64,000 nt of DNA from an uncultured Elusimicrobiales bacterium (lineage in GTDB: Bacteria > Elusimicrobiota > Elusimicrobia > Elusimicrobiales > CAZFMJ01), in assembly GCA_964520045.1 (NCBI GenBank), contig CAZFMJ010000006.1, positions 1,390 through 65,389 on the forward strand. Direction: 5' to 3'. The notes beneath the pieces were generated by a model. It was not told the origin of the DNA. It ran no database searches and was given only the letters and a program-made list of their open reading frames with translations. Shown in pieces: positions 1 through 9,386 of this stretch (its first letter is position 1; every line of letters begins with the position of its first letter). The position numbers and the translations under genes were made by a program.

Positions 1-40
1 AGAAGGGAGACGGTAAACGGTAGATGGTAGACGGTAAAAT
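1..40. repeat. degenerate heptamer 'stutter' repeat (GGTAGAC/GGTAAAC/GGTAGAT words)
   Basis: gacggtaaacggtagatggtagacggt has GG roughly every 7 nt. The word GGTAGACGG recurs near 8240 and as reverse complement near 7650 and 8305; a variant GGCTAGACGG is near 4100. Confidence 0.6.
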
Positions 41-161
41 AAAAACAGCTGCAAAATTTGCCACAAAAAGCACAGAAAGCACATAAACAATGGAACCACT
101 TTTTTTGTGCCTTATGTGCATTATTGTGGCTGAACTTTCTTCTTTCTTGCCTCTTTTGTTT

Positions 162-1958
162 TTAGTCTCCGCTTTCCATCTTCTTTACTCTGTCGAAAAG
201 TTTTTTTGATTCGTCATTCATGCCCATTTTGTCGAAGTTGTCCGCAAGTTCCGTAAGCCCTTGGGGATCATTGGTAAGGTCATATACGAATATGGAATAT
301 CCCGCGGTAAATACGGGCTTTCTGCTTTTAAGCCAGTCAAAAAATTTCTTGTCGGGGTAATAAGTCGCCTGCAGGTTGGTCGCCGACACCGCCAGAAGCA
401 TCCTATCCCATTTTGACGAATCTTCCGTTATCGCCATCTGCACTACGGCGCTTGTAATGGGAGCGAGCGGGATAGTCTTAATCCCGTAATAGGCAGGGTC
501 CGCCGTTCCGAAATAAGACAGATACAGCGGGGGATTCCCTTCCTTTTTTATGAATTCTCCCAGCTGTTTTAAGGCCTGTCCCCAGTCCAGATTTGAATCC
601 ACCAGCATTTTATAGCCGTTTTCAGCTCCGCCCGCGAATTCATTGAAATAGGCAAGATAAAAGGGATGTGTTTTAACCGTTGAAAAAATTATCCACAAAG
701 AAAGAGCGGCCGGAATAAGCTTGAACCCCATGTTTTTCCGGAAAAGGCAGTATGCGCCCGAGCCGGCCAGCATTACAAGGAACGGGAAAACGGGAAGAAT
801 GTGGCGGTAGCCAATCTGGAGTTTTGCGGTAAGAGCCATAAGAAAATACAAAAGGGGCGGAAGTATTATCCAGAGATATCCCTGCTTTATCCGCGGTTTA
901 AGACATAAAAGTCCCGCCGCGGCCAGCGCGAAAAGTCCCGCCGGAGTTTTTACGGCCAGAGCGAAAGGGAAATACCACCATATGCCGGCAAGCGAATATC
1001 TGCCTAATATGAAGGAAGACCTGCCCTGATCAAGCCTTTTGAATGTTTCCTGCAATCCGTCAAAATATAAATGGAATTGGCCCAGCCTGTATACCATGGC
1101 TATTGTAAAAAATACGCATACGGCGTAAACGGCAAAAAGCCCGAAAAGTCTGTCCCATTTGAATTTTTTCAGGGAAAGATTTTCAATGACCGCCATTCCC
1201 ATTATCATGGCCGGAAGCACCGCCATGTTGAACTTGCAGGACATCGCAAGGCCGGTGGCTATCGCGCAGAGTATGAAAACAAGCAGAGGTGATTGCGATA
1301 AGTCTCTTAATTTAAAAACAGCTGTCTGCTGCTGCAAAACCTGCCTGCGCATTTTTTTATCTTTCGGGGTAGGCTGTGTGTTCTGCGGGACGGCGGCGCC
1401 GGTTTGCGTAATGGGGTGGAACACAAGATAAGCTATGAAAAGGCTTATGACGAAAAAAACCATTCCTCCGGCGTCCGTAGTCACAAGGGCGTTGTTTGTG
1501 ATGAAGGCCGGCATAAACGCCCAGAAAACAAGCGTCCATAGCGCGGCGGAGCTGTTTTCAAGAAGGAGCATCCACAGACCAAGGGTTCCGGCTAAAAGGA
1601 CGCTCCAGAATAAAAGCGAAAACAGCCGTGCCGTATTGAGTATTTTCTCGGCTCCGGAATCGTTGTTATAAAGGAAAAGATTGCTGTAGCTGTACAAAAG
1701 GCCCGAAGCCAGATAGGGATGCCCCAAAAAAATCCTGAGCTTCATTAATGAGACGGGGATGGCCGAGATCATTTCCGCAAGCGGGGGGTGGTCCATTATG
1801 TTCAGGGTGTATCGGCCCGTGGCGATATAGAGATTTCCGCTTGCAAGGTGCACGGATTCGTCGTAAGTGGCGGCGGAGGATTTGATGAAAGACCAGCCCA
1901 GATAAATGTGTATGCAGAACAATAAGCCCGCTGTTATAATTGAAAGTTTTTTTGTCAT
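162..1958 (-). CDS. GT-C fold membrane glycosyltransferase, family 39 / ArnT-PMT-like
   Basis: About 600 aa with many hydrophobic segments. An early periplasmic-loop YDE...H motif (SSAATYDESVHLASGN) is typical of ArnT/PMT_2 enzymes. Start chosen at MTKK (1958); MGV at 1967 or the ORF start at 2012 are also possible. Confidence 0.7.
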   Translation of the reverse strand: MTKKLSIITAGLLFCIHIYLGWSFIKSSAATYDESVHLASGNLYIATGRYTLNIMDHPPLAEMISAIPVSLMKLRIFLGHPYLASGLLYSYSNLFLYNNDSGAEKILNTARLFSLLFWSVLLAGTLGLWMLLLENSSAALWTLVFWAFMPAFITNNALVTTDAGGMVFFVISLFIAYLVFHPITQTGAAVPQNTQPTPKDKKMRRQVLQQQTAVFKLRDLSQSPLLVFILCAIATGLAMSCKFNMAVLPAMIMGMAVIENLSLKKFKWDRLFGLFAVYAVCVFFTIAMVYRLGQFHLYFDGLQETFKRLDQGRSSFILGRYSLAGIWWYFPFALAVKTPAGLFALAAAGLLCLKPRIKQGYLWIILPPLLYFLMALTAKLQIGYRHILPVFPFLVMLAGSGAYCLFRKNMGFKLIPAALSLWIIFSTVKTHPFYLAYFNEFAGGAENGYKMLVDSNLDWGQALKQLGEFIKKEGNPPLYLSYFGTADPAYYGIKTIPLAPITSAVVQMAITEDSSKWDRMLLAVSATNLQATYYPDKKFFDWLKSRKPVFTAGYSIFVYDLTNDPQGLTELADNFDKMGMNDESKKLFDRVKKMESGD

Positions 1959-2135
1959 GACCCCCATAATTATACAAAAACAATCCGCCTCTTCCGGTGT
2001 CGGCGCGGGCAATCGGCGTTCACCATGGAGATTATGATAACGAATCCCGCTACTTTGGGGTATTATATACTGCTAACCTGAAAGTTGCAGTTGAAACATG
2101 TTTATCGTATCAAAAAGCTGAATTTTTTTATGCAT

Positions 2136-2183
2136 CCCCCTCTCCTCTCCCTCTCCCTCGGGGAGAGGATAAAAGGTGAGGGC
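2136..2183. repeat. GC-rich hairpin repeat (REP-like), diverged member of the family at 37113, 37171 and 41447
   Basis: ccctctccctcggggagagg forms a 7-bp stem and is followed by ataaaaggtgaggg. The reverse complement has the same layout as tccccccaccttattcctcccccgcaaggggggagg. Confidence 0.55.
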
Positions 2184-2206
2184 GTAATTGCATTTTTCAG
2201 GTCAAT

Positions 2207-2845
2207 TCAACGCTTTTTATAAAACGGGGGAAGGTCAAACAAAGTCTTGGGATGAGTTAGCCGTTGCATTCGGATTTGGCAGGGGTTTTGGTTTACGTTA
2301 AAATCACACATCAGGGTTCTGATTACATTATTTGTTATGTGCGCTTGCTGTTCGATAGTGATTGGGCTGCAAACTTTCTCAATATTGGTGAAATTATTTC
2401 GAAGTTCAATCATTCTTTCTTTAAATTTATCCTCGGGCATGAGCAGTATGCCGGCCAGTTCTTTCGCCTGTTTGTCTAATCGGCTATATTGTTCGTCGGT
2501 TAATTTATTCCATTGCGCGACCCAAGCCTCAGGGGTATCTATGTTTTTAAAAATATCTTTATGTAGGATCGAGTGCGCGAATTCTTCCGCGAGAGTAAAT
2601 CTATAGCGCCGTTCCATCCAATCTTTGTCCGCCAGGTCTATGTCAATATATAGAATTTTCGCGCTCATGGATATCCAGGCATTGATACCCGTATCTGCCA
2701 GCGGAATCGTGTCTATCTTAATCCCATCTTTTTCAAGCATGAGCTCAATATCCACTTCATATTGTCTACCCATGACAGAAATTCGCGGAATCTCGCTGCC
2801 GATATGCTGTAATTCTGTTAATGTTTTTTCAAATCCCTTAAACAT
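2207..2845 (-). CDS. ImmA/IrrE-like (DUF955) protein with degenerate metal-binding motif
   Basis: RYRFTLAEEFAHSILH aligns with the ImmA/IrrE RFTLAHELGHxxLH block, but the first His is Glu. It lies 5 nt downstream of an XRE-family HTH gene, the usual ImmA/XRE pairing. Confidence 0.6.
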   Translation of the reverse strand: MFKGFEKTLTELQHIGSEIPRISVMGRQYEVDIELMLEKDGIKIDTIPLADTGINAWISMSAKILYIDIDLADKDWMERRYRFTLAEEFAHSILHKDIFKNIDTPEAWVAQWNKLTDEQYSRLDKQAKELAGILLMPEDKFKERMIELRNNFTNIEKVCSPITIEQQAHITNNVIRTLMCDFNVNQNPCQIRMQRLTHPKTLFDLPPFYKKR

Positions 2846-2850
2846 GGGTA

Positions 2851-3240
2851 TTATTGACCAGGGCGGAATGATTTGATTCGCTCTATTAATTGCTTTAATT
2901 CCGTAGCTGTAAGCTTTTGGTTTGCCACCGTTCTAAGCAGGATGGGCAAATAGTCTTGCATGTCGCGGTTATGCGCTATGTCGGCGGGCAGCCGCTCGTT
3001 TCTCCCGGCTACGGCGAGATCGAAAAAATCTCCCCATTCCTGAGAGTCTTTGCTGATGCCAAGAACTTTGGCCATCCTGAAAAGTATGGCCTCATCCTGA
3101 GGGGGCGAAACTCTGCCGTTTTCAATAAAGCTAAGATTGGAAGGCTGCATTCCGATTTCTTTCGCATAGGCGCGAAGGCTTAAATTCCGGCCAATTCGGA
3201 GATTCCGAAGTAAATCCCCAAAAGATTTTTTTTTCTTCAT
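2851..3240 (-). CDS. XRE-family helix-turn-helix transcriptional regulator
   Basis: FGDLLRNLRIGRNLSLRAYAKEIGMQPSNLSFIENGR is a classic HTH_3 pattern. Start moved to MKKKK (cat at 3238-3240). Confidence 0.8.
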   Translation of the reverse strand: MKKKKSFGDLLRNLRIGRNLSLRAYAKEIGMQPSNLSFIENGRVSPPQDEAILFRMAKVLGISKDSQEWGDFFDLAVAGRNERLPADIAHNRDMQDYLPILLRTVANQKLTATELKQLIERIKSFRPGQ

Positions 3241-3692
3241 AATAACCCCTAGTCGTATAGATGTATTGGGTGTTGAATGCTTTCTAAGTGTTATAGTAAT
3301 AGTATAACACCCCAATATAAATTGTCAAGGGCTACGCTCTCCCAAAAATCTGCTATACTTGTTTCGGGTATTAAAAGTCCTGCCCGGCAAGTTCGGACGG
3401 CGGCGTTCCTGCTCCGGGAGAATATGGATTTATTCTTGGGTCCATTTATAGCCACCTTATTAACCTTATCTCAAAAAGATAATATCACATAAACTTCTTA
3501 TAATTTCATTCCCTTGTGGACATCAAGAAATCATTGTAAAATTATAAAGCAGGTGAATAGGCTGAAGCTGTTTAGACTGAAGGTACAAAAAACCAGGTCT
3601 TAACGGCCGATTAGGCAAAACAGGCTTCGAAGCAATTCCTTAAATGCAGTTGCTAAGAGACTTCAGCCTTCAGGCTAAACAACCTGAGTTAG

Positions 3693-3765
3693 GCGCCCAT
3701 AGCTCAATGGATAGAGTACCAGCCTGCGGAGCTGGGTATCTAGGTTCGATTCCTAGTGGGCGCAA
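3693..3765 (+). tRNA. tRNA-Arg (anticodon GCG)
   Basis: GCGCCCA/TGGGCGC acceptor stem, AGCTCAATGGATAGAGT D-arm, CCAGC-CTGCGGA-GCTGG anticodon arm, GGTTCGATTCC T-arm, discriminator A. No encoded CCA. Confidence 0.85.
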
Positions 3766-3792
3766 TTAATTTTATTATGCGGGGTGTTGAAT

Positions 3793-4077
3793 ATGGCCGG
3801 AAAAAAATCCAATAAAAATATCTCAAAGACTTCATCAACGGAAACGTGCGAGTGCCGGAAAACGGCGGTAAAAAAGGAATCAATAACAGGCAAATATATT
3901 TTTGACAAGAAACTTAACAAGGTCGTTAAAGTGTCCGACAACATACCTTCGATTAAGAAAACCGGCGGGGGCGATTTCGATTCGCCCTGTTCCTCGGGCG
4001 AATGCGGAATGGATCCCGGCGCCTGCATGCCCGGCGGATGCGGCGGAGGATGCGGGGGTTTCGGGGAGGATATGTAA
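3793..4077 (+). CDS. small Lys-rich protein with Cys/Gly-rich C-terminus, unknown function
   Basis: The ORF ends in CSSGECGMDPGACMPGGCGGGCGGFGEDM. No recognisable family. Start could be GTG 3784 or ATG 3793. Confidence 0.4.
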   Translation: MAGKKSNKNISKTSSTETCECRKTAVKKESITGKYIFDKKLNKVVKVSDNIPSIKKTGGGDFDSPCSSGECGMDPGACMPGGCGGGCGGFGEDM

Positions 4078-4090
4078 GATGGGGGAATAG

Positions 4091-4206
4091 CGGGACGGCT
4101 AGACGGCGTGACAGCCGGGTAGCTGGGCGGCTGGGAAACTGGGAAACCAGGATTTAGTGTTTAGAATTTGGGATTTTGGATTTATCTATCTTATCGCTTA
4201 CCTACA
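4091..4206. repeat. composite stutter repeat plus conserved module GATTTATCTATCTTAYCGCTTA
   Basis: gacggctagacggcgtgac, gctgggcggctgggaaactgggaaacc, then tttgggattttggatttatctatcttatcgcttacc. This last module is repeated at 7691-7735. Confidence 0.6.
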
Positions 4207-4216
4207 AGGAAACAAA

Positions 4217-5770
4217 ATGGAAAATAAATACAAGCTTCTTAAGGAAAAACTCGGCGAGATAGCGGATATAAATTCCGCCAATAATCTTTTGCAGTGGGAC
4301 CAGCAGACCTATATGCCCAAAGGCGGAGCTTCCGCCAGGGCGGAATCAATATCCGTTTTAAGCAGAATAGCGCATGAGAAATTTACGGCTCAGGAGACGG
4401 GCAGGCTTATAAACGAATCGCGTTCATGGGCTGAAAATAAGGGATTTGACTCCGACGAAGCGGCTCTTCTGAGGGTCGTAGTCAGGGATTATGAAAAGGC
4501 AGTGAAGATTCCAGCGGATTTTGTGGCTGAATTATCAAAAGAAGTGTCCGTGGCCATGGAAGCGTGGCAGAATGCCAAAGCAAAATCTGATTTTTCCCTG
4601 TTTAAAGACCATCTGAAAAAGATAGTGGAGCTTAACAAGAGAAAAGCCGAGATACTGGGGTATAAAGAAAGTCTTTACGACGCTCTGCTGGATGAATTCG
4701 AGCCTGACATGACAAAAGCTCAGGTGAAAAAGGCTTTCAAGGAACTTCGCGACGGGCTTGTGTCCATAGTGCAGAAAATAGCCAAAAAGCAGGATAGAAT
4801 TTCAAACAGCATTTTCAATCAGGATATAGACGAAAAAAAACAGTTTAAATTTACGCGGGGAATAGTGGAAGCTTTGGGCTATGATTTTAACCGCGGACGG
4901 CAGGATCTCTCCTCGCACCCTTTTAGCGTGGACCTTTCCCTTAATGACGTAAGAATAACCACTCGGGTGCAGAAGAACTGGTTTCCGGGAGCGCTGTATG
5001 CTTCGATACATGAATGCGGACACGCGCTGTATGCGCAGGGAGTCAATCAGGCGTATGAGAGGACTCCTCTTTCCGGAGGGGCGTCTTTCGGTATACATGA
5101 ATCCCAGTCAAGGATGTGGGAAAATATAGTGGCGAGAAGCATGCAGTTCTGCGGATGGATTCTGCCGAAACTTACGAAAGAATTTCCCGAGCAATTCGGT
5201 AAAGTCTCTGTGGAACAGCTTTACGGAGCGGCGAATAAAGCGGGTCCTTCGCTTGTGCGGGTGGAGGCTGACGAGGTGACATATAATCTACACATACTGC
5301 TTAGGTTTGAAATTGAGACCGACTTGCTGGAGGGCAGGCTTAAAGTTGAGGATGTCCCCGTGGTATGGAACGAAAAAATGGAAAAATATCTGGGCATCCG
5401 TCCGGAAAAAGACGCGGACGGAGTTCTGCAGGACATACACTGGTCTCTGGGAAGCATGGGATATTTCCCGACATATACTCTCGGCAATATAATAGCCGTT
5501 CAGCTTTTCAATAAGGCGCTTTCCGACATTCCCGGTCTTTACTCCACTTTTGAAAGGGGGGAGTTTAAGCCCCTGCTTGCATGGCTGAGGGATAATATAC
5601 ACGTCCATGGCAGAAAATATACGCCCAATGAGCTTCTTAAGAGGGTGCTTAACGACACCCTGCAGGTCGCTCCCTTTTTGCGCTATATTGAGGAAAAATA
5701 TTCCATGATATACGGCTTTGAGATGAAGCAGAGAGAGCCGATGCAAAAAACAGCGGAAATCGCAAAGTAA
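4217..5770 (+). CDS. M32 family (Taq-type) metallocarboxypeptidase
   Basis: HECGHALY (HEXXH), HPF, IHESQSRMWEN and GYFPTYTLGN motifs. Start at MENKYK, preceded by aagga. Confidence 0.9.
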   Translation: MENKYKLLKEKLGEIADINSANNLLQWDQQTYMPKGGASARAESISVLSRIAHEKFTAQETGRLINESRSWAENKGFDSDEAALLRVVVRDYEKAVKIPADFVAELSKEVSVAMEAWQNAKAKSDFSLFKDHLKKIVELNKRKAEILGYKESLYDALLDEFEPDMTKAQVKKAFKELRDGLVSIVQKIAKKQDRISNSIFNQDIDEKKQFKFTRGIVEALGYDFNRGRQDLSSHPFSVDLSLNDVRITTRVQKNWFPGALYASIHECGHALYAQGVNQAYERTPLSGGASFGIHESQSRMWENIVARSMQFCGWILPKLTKEFPEQFGKVSVEQLYGAANKAGPSLVRVEADEVTYNLHILLRFEIETDLLEGRLKVEDVPVVWNEKMEKYLGIRPEKDADGVLQDIHWSLGSMGYFPTYTLGNIIAVQLFNKALSDIPGLYSTFERGEFKPLLAWLRDNIHVHGRKYTPNELLKRVLNDTLQVAPFLRYIEEKYSMIYGFEMKQREPMQKTAEIAK

Positions 5771-5898
5771 AAAAGGCGGTTCCCAATTTTTCCGCAGGTA
5801 AATTTATTATGAGAGACAGGGGGGCAATCCTGTGACTGCCCCATACCAATACTAAACTCTGAAGATCCGTGAAAGTAAAAATAAGGAGAACGGAATAT

Positions 5899-7527
5899 AT
5901 GAATTCACGATTTTATGTGCCCAAGCCGGTAAACGAGACTATTCTGTCTTACGGTCCTGGAAGTCCCGAAAAAAAGGCGCTTAAGGCCAAGATGTTTGAG
6001 CTCTGCTCGCAGGAGATAGAAATTCCGCTTCACATAGGAGGAAAAGAAATTAAAACCGGAAAACTTGCCGACTGCCGGTGCCCGCATGCGCACAAGCATC
6101 TGCTTGGCAGATATCACAAGGCCGGTTCAAAAGAGGTAGGGCTTGCCATAGCTTCGGCGCGGAAAGCAAGAAAAGACTGGGCCGCCATGCCATGGCATGC
6201 GAGAGCCGCCATATTCCTGAAAGCGGGCGAGCTTCTTGCCGGACCGTGGAGGAGCGCTCTTAATGCGGCGACAATGCTGTGCCAGTCCAAGAATGCGTAT
6301 CAGGCGGAAATAGACTCAGCCTGCGAGCTTGTGGATTTTTACCGGTTCAATGTTTATTTTGCGGAAAAAATATACGAAGAACAGCCCTTTTCTCCGAGGG
6401 GCAATTGGAACATGCTGGAGCAGAGGCCTTTGGAGGGGTTTGTGTTCGCCGTGACCCCCTTTAATTTTACTTCTATAGCGGGAAATCTGCCGACGGCCCC
6501 CGCTTTAATGGGAAATACGGTGCTATGGAAGCCGGCTTCTTCAGCGGTGTATACGGCGCATTTCCTTATGCGGTTGTGGAAAGCGGCGGGGCTTCCCGAC
6601 GGGGTGATAAACCTTGTGGCCGGCTCCGGGGGGGAAGTGGGAAATCCGGTGTTAAACAGCCCCGAGCTTGCGGGCATACATTTTACCGGAAGCACCGATG
6701 TTTTTCAGAATATGTGGACGACTATCGGATCGAATATAAGGAAATACAAGGGATATCCCAGAATAGTGGGAGAAACCGGAGGCAAGGATTTCATAGTGGT
6801 TCATCCCAGCGCTTCGGCGGAGGAAGCCGCGACCGCGATGTCGCGGGGGGCGTTTGAATATCAGGGGCAGAAATGCTCGGCGGCAAGCCGAGCCTATGTT
6901 CCGAAATCATTGTGGCCGAAAATAAAAGAAAAACTTGCCGAACAGCTGAAATCCATGAAAATGGGAGGACCGGAGGATTTCACTAATTTCATAAACGCGG
7001 TCATTGACAGGGGCGCTTATGAAACCATAAAGGGGTATATAGACTTTGCAAAAACAGCCAAACGCTGTAAGATAATTTTCGGCGGTAAATGCGACGACGC
7101 CAAAGGGTATTTTATCGAGCCTACCGTGATAGAGACCACGGATCCGCATTTTAAGACCATGGAGGAGGAGATATTTGGTCCTGTTCTTACGGTTTATGTT
7201 TATCAGGATTCAAAATTCGACTCGGCGCTCAAGCTCTGCGACCAGACTTCTCCCTATGCCTTGACAGGCGCGATATTCGCCTCGGACAGAAAAGCCGTGC
7301 TTAAGGCCATGAGGGTTCTTGAAAATGCGGCGGGCAATTTTTATATAAACGACAAACCCACCGGCGCCGTTGTGGGCCAGCAGCCTTTCGGGGGAGCGAG
7401 AGCCTCGGGCACGAACGACAAAGCGGGCAGTATCCTCAACCTTATAAGGTGGGTGTCCCCCAGAACAATAAAGGAAAATTTTGTCCCGCCGACAGATTAT
7501 AAATATCCCTTCATGTCGGAGAAGTAG
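5899..7527 (+). CDS. pruA: L-glutamate gamma-semialdehyde (1-pyrroline-5-carboxylate) dehydrogenase, aldehyde dehydrogenase superfamily
   Basis: About 540 aa ALDH with ETGGKDF and GQKCSAASR catalytic blocks. The N-terminus FYVPKPVNE is typical of the long P5CDH type. RBS aaggaga precedes ATG 5899. Confidence 0.8.
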   Translation: MNSRFYVPKPVNETILSYGPGSPEKKALKAKMFELCSQEIEIPLHIGGKEIKTGKLADCRCPHAHKHLLGRYHKAGSKEVGLAIASARKARKDWAAMPWHARAAIFLKAGELLAGPWRSALNAATMLCQSKNAYQAEIDSACELVDFYRFNVYFAEKIYEEQPFSPRGNWNMLEQRPLEGFVFAVTPFNFTSIAGNLPTAPALMGNTVLWKPASSAVYTAHFLMRLWKAAGLPDGVINLVAGSGGEVGNPVLNSPELAGIHFTGSTDVFQNMWTTIGSNIRKYKGYPRIVGETGGKDFIVVHPSASAEEAATAMSRGAFEYQGQKCSAASRAYVPKSLWPKIKEKLAEQLKSMKMGGPEDFTNFINAVIDRGAYETIKGYIDFAKTAKRCKIIFGGKCDDAKGYFIEPTVIETTDPHFKTMEEEIFGPVLTVYVYQDSKFDSALKLCDQTSPYALTGAIFASDRKAVLKAMRVLENAAGNFYINDKPTGAVVGQQPFGGARASGTNDKAGSILNLIRWVSPRTIKENFVPPTDYKYPFMSEK

Positions 7528-7530
7528 GAA

Positions 7531-7750
7531 GAGGATAGGCTGAAGGCGTTTAGGCTGAGGGCTGCCCGCCAAACATTACGGCGGGTCCGACGATGCCGTA
7601 GTGGCGGAAAGGAAGAGAGAAGAAGGGGAATGAAGATTTAACTGCTGTCTACCGTCTACGTTCTGCTATCTGTTTTCCGGTGTTTTGAGTTTGGGATTTA
7701 GTATTTTGAATTTATCTATCTTACCGCTTATCACTTACAGCTTATAACTT
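7531..7750. repeat. composite intergenic repeat region (stutter words plus conserved modules)
   Basis: ggctgaaggcgtttaggctgagggctg, ctgtctaccgtctacgttctgctatctg, gaatttatctatcttaccgcttatcacttacagcttat. The 17-mer TATCACTTACAGCTTAT also occurs at about 49892. Confidence 0.6.
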
Positions 7751-7753
7751 TTT

Positions 7754-8197
7754 TCAGGAGCAGATTACCTGCCATTGGGCGTTTAGAACGTCGGTCTGCT
7801 GAACGTAGATGGGATAGGCTTTGTTCCATGGAATCGCAAGCTTAAATTTTTCTCCCTGATATAACACCCACTTTCCGGAAACGCCTATTATTCGCGGTTC
7901 GCCCGACTGAGCCAGCGCGCCTTTGAGCACAAGCGTGTGGGTTTCCGTTTTAAGCGCTCCGTTGTCCACATAAGCGTACTGCGTGGCGGAAATAGAAAAA
8001 GCTTCGGTTCTGCATGCGCTTTTGCCGTCGCATACCTGTAATTCGCCGGCGCAGTCTTTGTTCATACTGCCGGATTCGGCTCCAACAAAGGCTGATTCCA
8101 TTCCGCTTTGAGGCTGAGCCTCAGCCGTCATATTTAAAATTGAATAAACGGCGATAACCGCCGGAATTAAAATAACCCAAATTTTTTTTATTTTCAT
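7754..8197 (-). CDS. hypothetical secreted protein
   Basis: N-terminal signal-like MKIKKIWVILIPAVIAVYSILNMTAEA. No recognisable domain. Flanked on both sides by stutter repeats. Confidence 0.5.
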   Translation of the reverse strand: MKIKKIWVILIPAVIAVYSILNMTAEAQPQSGMESAFVGAESGSMNKDCAGELQVCDGKSACRTEAFSISATQYAYVDNGALKTETHTLVLKGALAQSGEPRIIGVSGKWVLYQGEKFKLAIPWNKAYPIYVQQTDVLNAQWQVICS

Positions 8198-8222
8198 ATT
8201 AATGTGTATCCTTTTTTTGATC

Positions 8223-8317
8223 GGGAGAAGGTAGATGGAAGACGGTAGACGGCAAAACAAAAACATCTTTTTATCTACTATTTCCCTTCTTCCATCTCCC
8301 GTCTACCTTCTTACTTC
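8223..8317. repeat. stutter repeat pair in opposite orientations
   Basis: gggagaaggtagatggaagacggtagacgg ... cccttcttccatctcccgtctaccttct. The same word vocabulary appears on opposite strands. Confidence 0.6.
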
Positions 8318-8467
8318 TTTATAATAGGATACACCTATTTACCGCAATAAAGCAGGTCCTAATGGGTAATATCGCGGATGTTATTTGGCCTATACAAGCG
8401 GGGGTCTTTCTGCCTAAAGACAAGTAGGACTTAATTTCAGCCGTAATATGTAGAACGCAGATGACGC

Positions 8468-8540
8468 AGACCCATTCCTTCCTTAAAAGCCTTGAGAATG
8501 GGTCAGTCCAAACTCACTGCTTGTAAAGGATAGTTTGGGG
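8468..8540. repeat. ~70-nt double-hairpin element, homologous copy inside purS at 40192-40261
   Basis: GACCCATTC...GAATGGGTC and CCAAACT...AGTTTGG stems. The reverse complement aligns with 40192-40261 with about 10 mismatches (manual alignment). Confidence 0.7.
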
Positions 8541-8581
8541 CAGCGGTATCAGTGTTCCATGTTTAATACAGGGCGGGTATC

Positions 8582-8965
8582 TTAATTTCCGGAAAGTTTG
8601 TTTTTGATCTCCTGCGGTATGGTTTTCGGTTCTATGTTTTTGTCTACGCAGACAAGGCTTGTTTTTGCTTTGGAGACAAGCCGTCCTTTCTGGTTTTTTA
8701 TTTCATATTCAAAGATTATCCTGACTTCCGAAATTTCGCTCACCCATGTGCGTATTTCCATGACATCGCCGTAAAACAGGGGGTGTTTATAATCTATCTC
8801 CTGCCTGTGCACCACGAACATTACGCCCTGGTCCATCAGGTCTTTTATAAAAACTCCGCGTTCTTCCATGTGCTGTGTTCTGGCTTCTTCAAGGAATTTC
8901 ATGTAATTGCCGTAATACACGACTCCGCCGCAGTCCGTGTCATGATAAAAAACCCGTTTTTGCAT
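8582..8965 (-). CDS. YbgC/4HBT-family acyl-CoA thioesterase
   Basis: The N-terminal block VFYHDTDCGGVVYYGNYMKFLEEART is typical of YbgC/FadM hotdog thioesterases. Confidence 0.8.
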   Translation of the reverse strand: MQKRVFYHDTDCGGVVYYGNYMKFLEEARTQHMEERGVFIKDLMDQGVMFVVHRQEIDYKHPLFYGDVMEIRTWVSEISEVRIIFEYEIKNQKGRLVSKAKTSLVCVDKNIEPKTIPQEIKNKLSGN

Positions 8966-8969
8966 AAAG

Positions 8970-9386
8970 TCACTCCCCTATGATTTTGACTAAAACACGT
9001 TTTTTTCTCTGTCCGTCGAATTCACCGTAAAAGATCTGCTCCCACGGTCCGAAATCAAGCCCGCCTTTTGTTATGGCGGTAACGACTTCCCTTCCCATTA
9101 TCGTTCTTTTAAGATGGGCGTCCGCATTGTCTTCGCCGGTAAGATTGTGCCTGTATTTATTCACTCCGTAAGGGGCGAGTTTTTCAAGCCAGCTGAGGAA
9201 ATCCTCATGCAGGCCGGACTCATTGTCGTTTATAAAAACGCTGGATGTGATATGCATGGCGTTTACAAGGCATAGGCCTTCTTTTACCGCGCTTTTGCGC
9301 ACCGCTTCTTCAACTTGCGGGGTTATATTTACTATTCCGTATCTCTCTGGAGTGTTCATCCAGATATAGTCCGTATGCGATTTCAT
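8970..9386 (-). CDS. YjbQ/UPF0047 family protein (secondary thiamine-phosphate synthase-like)
   Basis: [21 protein letters not shown]...[21 protein letters not shown]...[15 protein letters not shown]. Start at MKSH; the start overlaps the upstream stop by 1 nt (TAATG). Confidence 0.85.
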   Translation of the reverse strand: MKSHTDYIWMNTPERYGIVNITPQVEEAVRKSAVKEGLCLVNAMHITSSVFINDNESGLHEDFLSWLEKLAPYGVNKYRHNLTGEDNADAHLKRTIMGREVVTAITKGGLDFGPWEQIFYGEFDGQRKKRVLVKIIGE

